A DNA stretch of 31,017 nucleotides from a virus, in IMG/VR virus record IMGVR_UViG_3300021082_000017; one strand, 5' to 3'. Every line of letters starts with the position of its first letter. The stretch's first letter is position 1. The notes below the pieces were generated by a model that searched no databases, was not told where the DNA came from, and saw only the letters and a list, made by a program, of their open reading frames with translations. This document shows positions 21,356-27,634 of this stretch, piece after piece. The position numbers and the translations under genes are program-made.

Positions 21356-21574
21356 ATGGCCGCGCGCCCCATTCCCCTGCCCACTCCCCAGCAACGCGCC
21401 AGCGTCGAGAGCTGCACGCTGCTGACCATCCCCGAGGCCGGCGAGCTGCTGCGCCTGTCGCGCCACAGCGTCTACGACCTCATCCATGCCGGCACGCTGA
21501 AGAGCGTCCTCGTCAAAGGACGCTACCGAATCCGGCTCACGGACCTGCACGCGTTCGTGCGACATCTGACGTGA
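21356..21574 (+). CDS. Second excisionase-family (HTH_17) DNA-binding protein
   Basis: tagATG junction. LLTIPEAGELLRLSRHSVYDLIHAGTLKSVLVKGRYRIRLTDLHAFV is the same family pattern as 18898-19104. Confidence 0.65.
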   Translation: MAARPIPLPTPQQRASVESCTLLTIPEAGELLRLSRHSVYDLIHAGTLKSVLVKGRYRIRLTDLHAFVRHLT

Positions 21575-21616
21575 CCCGTCACGTCGCGGCGCCAGGGTCA
21601 CGGCCCAACGTGACCC
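21568..21616. repeat. Two adjacent inverted repeats built from four CGTGAC(CC) half-sites
   Basis: IR1 GACGTGAC-cc-GTCACGTC (21568-21585, overlapping the stop codon). IR2 GGGTCACG-gcccaa-CGTGACCC (21595-21616). Confidence 0.85.
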
Positions 21617-21681
21617 GACGAACTCCGGTTCCCCCGCATCCTACCACAACAGATGTGCGATCGACACGCAACGGCGGCCGA

Positions 21682-21705
21682 GCCGGTGCTTTGGGCAGCA
21701 CCGGC
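21682..21705 (+). other. Hairpin GCCGGTGCT-ttgggc-AGCACCGGC (9-bp stem) in the early leader
   Basis: Read directly. There is no T-tract after it, so it is not called a terminator. Confidence 0.5.
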
Positions 21706-21752
21706 CGGGCCGTCCGTCCACATTCGCCCTGGGCAGGCAAAGGAGTACCAAG

Positions 21753-22019
21753 ATGATAGCGGGACCGAACCAGACCGGCAAGCCAATTCAGCCACAAGGG
21801 TGGCCGATTTATTCGTTCCAGAACGCCGCCAACCAGGCTCGCCAGGAGGCCGAGGGCCAGCGGCGCCGGGCCGACCAGTTGGCCGGCCGCTGCCGCCGGT
21901 TGCGCGCCGTCGCCGCCTGGGCGCTGACCTGCACCGTCGCCGGCATGGCCGCGGCGTTCGCGTTGGGCGCCCTGTTTGGCTACGGCCTGGGCAGCGGCCT
22001 GATTGGCCTGCTCCGATGA
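21753..22019 (+). CDS. Hypothetical tail-anchored membrane protein (88 aa)
   Basis: AAAGGAG 21739-21745, ATG 21753. A charged helical N-part is followed by a C-terminal hydrophobic segment (AAWALTCTVAGMAAAFALGALFGYGLGSGLIGLL). The stop overlaps the next ATG (ATGA). Confidence 0.6.
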   Translation: MIAGPNQTGKPIQPQGWPIYSFQNAANQARQEAEGQRRRADQLAGRCRRLRAVAAWALTCTVAGMAAAFALGALFGYGLGSGLIGLLR

Positions 22020-22963
22020 GCGCCGCCGTCTGGACCATCCCCAGCAGCTCGCGGCCCGAGCTGACCCATCTGGTGATGCGGCTCCCAGACGGCACGCTGA
22101 CCTGCACCTGTGAGGCAGCGACCTACGGGCGGATGTGCCGCCACCGCGTCGCCGTCCTGTTTGCTGAAGGAGATCCCATGAGCGTGACCCAGATCAAGCC
22201 ATCCACCGACTACGCCATCGGCGCCATCGAGGCGGCGCTGGCCCAGGGCGACCTGAGCAAACTCAGCACCGAGGACCGCACCCGCTATCTCTTGCGGGTG
22301 TGTGAGAGCCTGCAACTCAATCCCTTGACCCGCCCGCTCCAGTACATCGTCCTGAGCAACAAGCTGACGCTGTACGCCACCAGGGACGCCACCGACCAGC
22401 TCCGCAAGTTGCATGGCGTATCCGTCCGCATCGTGTCCCGCGAGCGCATCGACGATCTGTATCTGGTCCAGTCCGAGGCGACCGACAAGACCGGCCGCAC
22501 CGACTCCAGTCTCGGTGTCGTCAGCATCAAAGGCTTGCAGGGCGAGGCGCTGGCCAACGCGATCATGAAGACCGAGACCAAAGCCAAGCGTCGGGTCACG
22601 CTGTCGATCTGCGGCCTGGGCATGCTCGACGAAACCGAAGTCGAGAGCGTCCGCATCGTCGAGGGGCAGCAGGCGGCCAGGCAGATCGCGCCCGCCACCG
22701 ATCAGCCCGCCACCCAGGCCCAGTACGACTGGTACATGAAGGCGATGTCGGCGCTGGGCTTCAACGGTGAGGACCGGCGTGACATCGCCGTTGACATCGG
22801 CCAGGACGAGCTGGAGCGCATCCCTGCCCGCGTCTTGCAGGCAATCGTCATGGCCGCCAAGCAGACGCTGCTGACCTATGGGCCGGACGGTGAGACGGGC
22901 CGGGTCGCTTGGCGCATCCAGCAGGTCGGCGACGGCGCGGAGGAGGAGAGCGCGTCCGAGTAG
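22016..22963 (+). CDS. RecT/Red-beta-type single-strand annealing protein, with possible 54-aa SWIM-like zinc-finger N-extension
   Basis: LRVCESLQLNPLTRPLQYIV...LYATRDATDQL...ALANAIMKTETKAKRRVTLSICGLGMLDETEVE parallels the lambda Bet layout (YGLNPWTKEIY...; ...RHKAMIQCARLAFGFAGIYDKDEAE). ATG 22016 is coupled to the upstream gene by ATGA. An in-frame ATG 22178 has a strong GAAGGAG. Confidence 0.65.
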   Translation: MSAAVWTIPSSSRPELTHLVMRLPDGTLTCTCEAATYGRMCRHRVAVLFAEGDPMSVTQIKPSTDYAIGAIEAALAQGDLSKLSTEDRTRYLLRVCESLQLNPLTRPLQYIVLSNKLTLYATRDATDQLRKLHGVSVRIVSRERIDDLYLVQSEATDKTGRTDSSLGVVSIKGLQGEALANAIMKTETKAKRRVTLSICGLGMLDETEVESVRIVEGQQAARQIAPATDQPATQAQYDWYMKAMSALGFNGEDRRDIAVDIGQDELERIPARVLQAIVMAAKQTLLTYGPDGETGRVAWRIQQVGDGAEEESASE

Positions 22964-22974
22964 GGCTGGGGTTG

Positions 22975-23001
22975 GGCGGGCCGACCTGGCCCGCCTTTTT
23001 T
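22975..23001 (+). terminator. Rho-independent terminator inside the early operon
   Basis: GGCGGGCC (22975-22982), loop GACCT, GGCCCGCC (22988-22995), TTTTTT (22996-23001). It starts 12 nt after the SSAP stop. Confidence 0.8.
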
Positions 23002-23031
23002 GTTGCCAGGAGCGGAAGGAGCACGCCTGAC

Positions 23032-23943
23032 ATGTGGTCAAAGATCGACGGCACCATCGCCCACCATCCCAAACTGACTGCCGCTGGCCCGGTGGCCGCC
23101 TGGTACTACGTGTGCGGGCTCACCTTCGCCAGCACCTACGGCACCGACGGCCTGATCCCCGAGGCCGACGCGCCGCACCTCACGCCGCTCGACGACCCGC
23201 AGGCCGCCATCAAGCGCCTGGTCGCCGTCGGCCTCTGGCATCGGTGCAAAGGCGGCTATCAGATTCATGACTTCCTCGACTATCAACCATCAGCCGCCCG
23301 CATGAAGGCGGGGCGCGCGGCTGGCCGACGCCGGCAGGCTGAGTACCGTCGCCGTCACGCGTCACGTGACGGCAACAGTAACGGCGTTACTAACGGCGCA
23401 GTAACGCGAACAGAAGAAGAAGTAGAAGTAGAATTAAGAGTTAACCCCGCCCCCCTACCCCCCGCCCCACCACCACCCGACCCGGAGGCGCGCGAGAACA
23501 CGCCTCGGGCCTTGCGTGCCATCCCGAAACCGCACGAGGTCGAGCGCGCCGAGCTCGAAGCCCACCCGCTCTACCCGCCCCTGAGTTCGCTCTTCGGTCC
23601 AGTCACGGCGCGCGATCAGGACGACTGGCGTGACGACCTGGCCGCACTGGATGAGCACGGCGCCCGGCCTGAAGATGTGCCACGCGCCGCCGCCGGCTAT
23701 GCGGCCTCCTTCGGCCACGACAACGGCCGCCCGATCGCCATGACGCGTAAGGCGCTGATCACGCACTGGTATCGCAGTCTGCACGCACCGGTGACGCCGT
23801 CACGCACGCCCGTCGATGGTCGTATGCCCGTCCACGGCCAGCTCGACCCCGACAAGTACCTGACCGGCCAGTACGCGCGCTTCTTCAACCGGCCATATGA
23901 CGACGATGGCGCCTTCGACGACGTGGGCGAGGCGTCGCCATGA
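23032..23943 (+). CDS. Putative DNA-binding / replication-associated protein (N-terminal winged-helix-like domain)
   Basis: GGAAGGAG 23015-23022, ATG 23032. The N-terminus WSKIDGTIAHHPKLTAAGPVAAWYYVCGLTFASTYGTDGLIPE...LVAVGLWHRCKGGYQIHDF resembles phage replisome-organiser / DnaD-like N-domains. The rest is low-complexity. The functional call is weak. Confidence 0.3.
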   Translation: MWSKIDGTIAHHPKLTAAGPVAAWYYVCGLTFASTYGTDGLIPEADAPHLTPLDDPQAAIKRLVAVGLWHRCKGGYQIHDFLDYQPSAARMKAGRAAGRRRQAEYRRRHASRDGNSNGVTNGAVTRTEEEVEVELRVNPAPLPPAPPPPDPEARENTPRALRAIPKPHEVERAELEAHPLYPPLSSLFGPVTARDQDDWRDDLAALDEHGARPEDVPRAAAGYAASFGHDNGRPIAMTRKALITHWYRSLHAPVTPSRTPVDGRMPVHGQLDPDKYLTGQYARFFNRPYDDDGAFDDVGEASP

Positions 23944-24686
23944 CGGCACTGCGTCACGAGGAGATCTACGGCACATCCTGGAGCGCCGGCGACGACGACG
24001 TGCTCCGCGCGGGCTATGGCCGTGTGCCGACGGCCGACCTGGCCGCCCGCGTCGGCCGCGGCATCGACGCCACCCGGCAGCGGGCGCGCGTCATCGGTCT
24101 GGCGAAACCGGTCGCGGCGCGCATCACCTGGACGGCCGAGGCGGACGACGTGCTCCGCGCGGGCTACCTGCGTTCGCCAACGGCCGACCTGGCGGCGCGG
24201 CTGGGCACAACCATCGAGGCCGTGTGGGCGCGGGCGCGCACGCTCCAGTTGGTGCAGTCGGGCAGGAATATTCCGTGGACGGCCGACGAGGACCGTCTGG
24301 TGCGCGAGCTCTACGGCACCCTGTCTCGGGCGGAGCTCTCCGCCCGCCTCGGGCGGACGCCCCATTCGGTTGGCAACCGCCTGGTCACGCTGGGCCTGAC
24401 GCGAGAAGGCGCCGTGTCTCAACGCCAGGACCGCCACCAGCAGGAGATCGCCCAGCTCCGGGCCGAGAACGACCACCTGAAGCATGGCGCCCTGGACGCC
24501 GCCCACGCGCCAACCGCCGATGCTCGTCGCCTGGCCGTGCTCATGGCCTATCGCCTGCTCGTGATCGACGCGGCCACCGCGGCCGTCGTGCTCGGCGTGC
24601 CCGAGGGGCGCCTGCCGGTCGAGGTCGGTAAGGCCGCCAAATTGGGGCTGGACGTGGCCAGGATGGCGCTGGAGGAGGGGCGATGA
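23940..24686 (+). CDS. Protein with three tandem SANT/Myb- or GcrA-N-like HTH repeats
   Basis: ATGA junction. WSAGDDDVLRAGYGRVPTADLAARVGRGIDATRQRARVIGL / WTAEADDVLRAGYLRSPTADLAARLGTTIEAVWARARTLQL / WTADEDRLVRELYGTLSRAELSARLGRTPHSVGNRLVTLGL, followed by a coiled-coil tail. Confidence 0.6.
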   Translation: MTALRHEEIYGTSWSAGDDDVLRAGYGRVPTADLAARVGRGIDATRQRARVIGLAKPVAARITWTAEADDVLRAGYLRSPTADLAARLGTTIEAVWARARTLQLVQSGRNIPWTADEDRLVRELYGTLSRAELSARLGRTPHSVGNRLVTLGLTREGAVSQRQDRHQQEIAQLRAENDHLKHGALDAAHAPTADARRLAVLMAYRLLVIDAATAAVVLGVPEGRLPVEVGKAAKLGLDVARMALEEGR

Positions 24687-24883
24687 TGAACGCATGGCTT
24701 GCGGCAGAGCGCGCTTTCGTCGAGTGCTGCCAACGGCGCTTCCCCGACCTGACCGACCCGTGGCTGCATGTGTCCGACGATGGCAGGCGCCTCTGGCTCA
24801 CTGACGGGAAGGACGGGCTGGTGCTGGCGGAGGCGCCGATGCCAGTGCTGGACGTGGCCCTCGCCGCCCTGGAGGACCGATGA
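24683..24883 (+). CDS. Hypothetical protein (66 aa)
   Basis: ATGA overlaps at both ends. GC3-rich coding. No domain recognised. Confidence 0.5.
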   Translation: MMNAWLAAERAFVECCQRRFPDLTDPWLHVSDDGRRLWLTDGKDGLVLAEAPMPVLDVALAALEDR

Positions 24884-25188
24884 ACGCGCAGACCCACGAC
24901 GCCTATCTGGCGATCATTGACGACGCCGAGGCGCGGGTGGCACGGGCCAAGGACCGCGAACACCAGAACGCGGAATTGCTGGATCGCGAACGGGCCGTCA
25001 CCCAACGACTGAGTCAACAGATCGACGTGCGGGACGCTGCGGCCCGTGCCATCGTCGCCGACTGTCGTGTGCCCCGTGGCGACTACCTGGGCGATGCCTG
25101 CCGCTGGTGCGAGAACACGATCGACCGCGACGGCCACCGGCCGGGCTGTCCGGTTGGGATACTCGCCGCGACGCTGGAGGATGCATGA
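24880..25188 (+). CDS. Hypothetical protein (102 aa) with C-terminal Cys/His cluster
   Basis: ATG 24880 overlaps the upstream stop. Coiled-coil N-half, then CRVPRGDYLGDACRWCENTIDRDGHRPGC. Confidence 0.5.
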   Translation: MNAQTHDAYLAIIDDAEARVARAKDREHQNAELLDRERAVTQRLSQQIDVRDAAARAIVADCRVPRGDYLGDACRWCENTIDRDGHRPGCPVGILAATLEDA

Positions 25189-25612
25189 CGCTCATGACGC
25201 TCTTCGAGCACTGCGTGACCTGGGTATCACACGGCCCGGTGAATGCGTGCGTGGAGGTCATGTGGACGACAGCCTGGACGGCACTGCCGTGGTAGACCCC
25301 GACACCCTCACCCGCCGCCTGCCCCCCGAGCGCGAGCTGCGCCAATGCGTCGTCGACACGGCCCGCCTCTTCGGCTGGCTCGTCTACTGGACCCATCGCA
25401 GCGAGCACTCCCCAGCCGGCTTCCCCGATCTGGTGCTCTTGCGGGACCGCTCTATACTCTGGGTCGAGCTGAAGCGCGACGAGCGCGACCATCTGCGCCG
25501 CGAGCAGCAGCAGTGGGCCGATCGCCTCATCGCCGCCGGCCAGGACTGGCGCCGCTGGACCTGGACCTCCTGGCACAGCGGTGAGATCGAACGCGCGTTG
25601 CAGCGCGACTGA
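25181..25612 (+). CDS. VRR-NUC domain nuclease (PD-(D/E)xK)
   Basis: ERELRQCVVDTARLFGWLVYWTHRSEHSPAGFPDLVLLRDRSILWVELKRDERDHLRREQQQWADRLIAAG is the VRR-NUC pattern (PD...ELK). The start is uncertain: ATG 25181, or GTG 25262 with GGAGG 25253-25257. Confidence 0.75.
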   Translation: MHDAHDALRALRDLGITRPGECVRGGHVDDSLDGTAVVDPDTLTRRLPPERELRQCVVDTARLFGWLVYWTHRSEHSPAGFPDLVLLRDRSILWVELKRDERDHLRREQQQWADRLIAAGQDWRRWTWTSWHSGEIERALQRD

Positions 25613-25624
25613 GAGGAGGACTGG

Positions 25625-25930
25625 ATGCCCGCCCTGGCCACGATGCCCTATAGCGCCTACCTCGACACCCCGCACTGGCAGAAGGTGCGCGCACTGGCCC
25701 TGCGGCGTGCTGCCCGCCACTGCCAGGTCTGCGGCGCCCGTGGCAAGCTGGATGTCCACCACAACACCTACGCCCGCCGCGGCCGTGAACTGCCCAGTGA
25801 CGTGGTGGCGCTGTGCCGCTCCTGTCATGACCTGTATCACGCGCGACGAACGAAGCAGTCCACGACAGTCCATGACAGAGTCGAGCAGTCCACGACAGTC
25901 CAGCGCAGGACACGACAGTCCAAGACATGA
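25625..25930 (+). CDS. Packaging-associated HNH / His-Me finger protein
   Basis: GAGAGGAGG RBS, ATG 25625. YSAYLDTPHWQKVRALALRRAARHCQVCGARGKLDVHHNTYARRGRELPSDVVALCRSCHDLYH. It lies immediately upstream of the terminase genes, as in HK97-like cos phages. Confidence 0.6.
   Translation: MPALATMPYSAYLDTPHWQKVRALALRRAARHCQVCGARGKLDVHHNTYARRGRELPSDVVALCRSCHDLYHARRTKQSTTVHDRVEQSTTVQRRTRQSKT
25855..25922. repeat. Direct repeats GCAGTCCACGACAGTCCA x2 (25855-25872, 25885-25902) plus a partial third CACGACAGTCCA (25911-25922)
   Basis: Read directly. The two 18-mers are identical and 30 bp apart. They lie in the last 25 codons of the HNH gene, which therefore encodes QSTTVH...QSTTVQ. Confidence 0.9.
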
Positions 25931-25931
25931 T

Positions 25932-25952
25932 AGCCTAGGCGTATTCTAGGCT
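25932..25952. other. Hairpin/palindrome AGCCTAG-gcgtatt-CTAGGCT between the HNH and TerS genes
   Basis: Read directly. 7-bp arms and 7-nt loop, in a locally AT-richer gap. Confidence 0.7.
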
Positions 25953-25980
25953 GGTGTGCTGTCACTGGAGGGCGAGAACG

Positions 25981-26421
25981 ATGCCGAAGGCATTGGCGCC
26001 GGCCGTCCGTGACCGCATCGTGGCCTTGCTGCACGAGGGCACACCACGCAATGAGATCGCCCGCCAGGTCGGGTGTAGTGCCGGTATCGTGACGAAGATC
26101 GCCCAGGACGAAGGCGTATCGTTTGACCGGTCACAGTCAAGAATTGCCGTGGCCGTCAGGTGCGATTACGACCAGACCGCCCGCCTCGCCCTCCTGAACG
26201 CTGGCTTTGACAAGGCCGGCGAACTGCTGGCCGCCATCACCACGCCGAACCACTTGCAGACCTGGAGCGTGGCCCTGGCCGTCCTGATCGACAAGCGCCG
26301 CCTGGAAGATGGGGAGGCCACTGCTCGCACCGATGTCGTCACCAGTGATGTCCGCGACCGAATCGCTCGCCGCCTCGATGAGCTCGCTGCCCGCCGCGAC
26401 GCGCAGCGCGCTGCTGGCTGA
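25981..26421 (+). CDS. terS: Terminase small subunit (HTH), probable
   Basis: GGAGGG 25968-25973, ATG 25981. The N-terminal HTH is RDRIVALLHEGTPRNEIARQVGCSAGIVTKIAQDEG. It lies directly upstream of and overlapping TerL. 146 aa. Confidence 0.6.
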   Translation: MPKALAPAVRDRIVALLHEGTPRNEIARQVGCSAGIVTKIAQDEGVSFDRSQSRIAVAVRCDYDQTARLALLNAGFDKAGELLAAITTPNHLQTWSVALAVLIDKRRLEDGEATARTDVVTSDVRDRIARRLDELAARRDAQRAAG

Positions 26422-27634
26422 GTTCTCTGACGCCGACCTGGCCGACCTGGAAGCTACCTGGCCCTTCTGGGCACGGCCCGAGCAACTGCCCCCCACCGCC
26501 CCCTGGCGAACCTGGCTTGTCATGGCCGGCCGCGGCTACGGCAAGACGCGCACCGGCGCCGAGTGGACCCGCGCCAGCGCCAGCGCCTTCCGCTACGTCA
26601 ACATCATCGGCGCCACTGCCGACGATGCACGCGACATCATGGTCGAAGGCGAGAGCGGCCTGCTCGCCATCTGTCCTGACCACGAGCGCCCGACCTACCT
26701 GCCCAGCAAACGGCGCCTCGACTGGCCCAACGGCGCCACCACCCTGATCTTTACCGCCGACGAGCCCGAGCGCCTGCGCGGCAAGCAGCACGAGCGCCTG
26801 TGGGCCGATGAGGTCGCCGCCTGGCGCTACGCCGAGGCGTGGACGCAGGCCATGCTGGGCCTGCGCCTGGGCCGTGACCCGCGCGTCGTCGCCACCACCA
26901 CTCCCCGTCCCACCCCGCTCATCCGCGATCTCCTCGCCGACCCGTCCACTGCCGTGACCCGCGGCAGCACCTACGACAACGCCGCCAACCTGGCGCCCGC
27001 CTTCCTCCAGACGATCATCCGTCGCTATGAGGGCACACGGCTGGGCAGGCAGGAACTGCTGGCCGAACTGCTGACCGATGTCGACGGCGCGCTCTGGACC
27101 CATACCATGCTGGATGCGCGTCGCGTCACCGCCGCCCCCGAGCTGGCCCGCGTCGTGGTGGCGATCGACCCGGCCGTCACCTCTGGCGAGGACGCCGACG
27201 AGACCGGCATCATCGTCGCTGGCAAAGGCGTGGACGGTGACGGCTACATCCTGGCCGACCTGACCTGTCGCCTGTCACCCGATGGGTGGGCCAGGCGCGC
27301 GGTCAACGCCTACGAGGCGCACACCGCTGACCGCATCGTGGCTGAGGTCAACAATGGCGGCGACCTGGTCGAAACCGTCCTCCGCACCGTCGCGCCGCGT
27401 GTCAGCTACAAGAAGGTTCATGCCAGCCGCGGCAAGCGCACCCGCGCCGAACCCATCGCCGCACTCTACGAGCAAGGCCGCGTCCATCACGTTGGCGCGC
27501 TGTCGCAGTTGGAGGACCAGATGACGGCCTTTGTGCCCGACCACTACGACGGCTCACCCGACCGCGTGGACGCGCTGGTCTGGGCGCTGACTGATCTGAT
27601 GCTGACGACGAAGAAGAGCGTGCCCGTCCTGTGA
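26309..27634 (+). CDS. terL: Terminase large subunit (GTA / HK97-type family)
   Basis: WPFWARPEQLPPTAPWRTWLVMAGRGYGKTRTGAEW (Walker A-like), ...RLWADEVAAW (Walker B-like), ...GTRLGRQELLAELL..., and a C-terminal nuclease region VVAIDPA...IIVAG...VAEVNNGGD. This closely follows the pattern I recall for RcGTA-type TerL. The start is uncertain (ATG 26309, 26333, 26348 or 26378), and none has a good SD. Confidence 0.88.
   Translation: MGRPLLAPMSSPVMSATESLAASMSSLPAATRSALLAEFSDADLADLEATWPFWARPEQLPPTAPWRTWLVMAGRGYGKTRTGAEWTRASASAFRYVNIIGATADDARDIMVEGESGLLAICPDHERPTYLPSKRRLDWPNGATTLIFTADEPERLRGKQHERLWADEVAAWRYAEAWTQAMLGLRLGRDPRVVATTTPRPTPLIRDLLADPSTAVTRGSTYDNAANLAPAFLQTIIRRYEGTRLGRQELLAELLTDVDGALWTHTMLDARRVTAAPELARVVVAIDPAVTSGEDADETGIIVAGKGVDGDGYILADLTCRLSPDGWARRAVNAYEAHTADRIVAEVNNGGDLVETVLRTVAPRVSYKKVHASRGKRTRAEPIAALYEQGRVHHVGALSQLEDQMTAFVPDHYDGSPDRVDALVWALTDLMLTTKKSVPVL

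Noticed and set aside
21653-22015. N-terminal 120 aa of the 436-aa track ORF 21653-22963
   Set aside because: This part is Arg/Pro-rich junk-like sequence with no RBS. A different frame holds a well-signalled gene (AAAGGAG-ATG 21753-22019) whose stop overlaps ATG 22016 (ATGA), so the real gene in this frame starts at 22016 or 22178.
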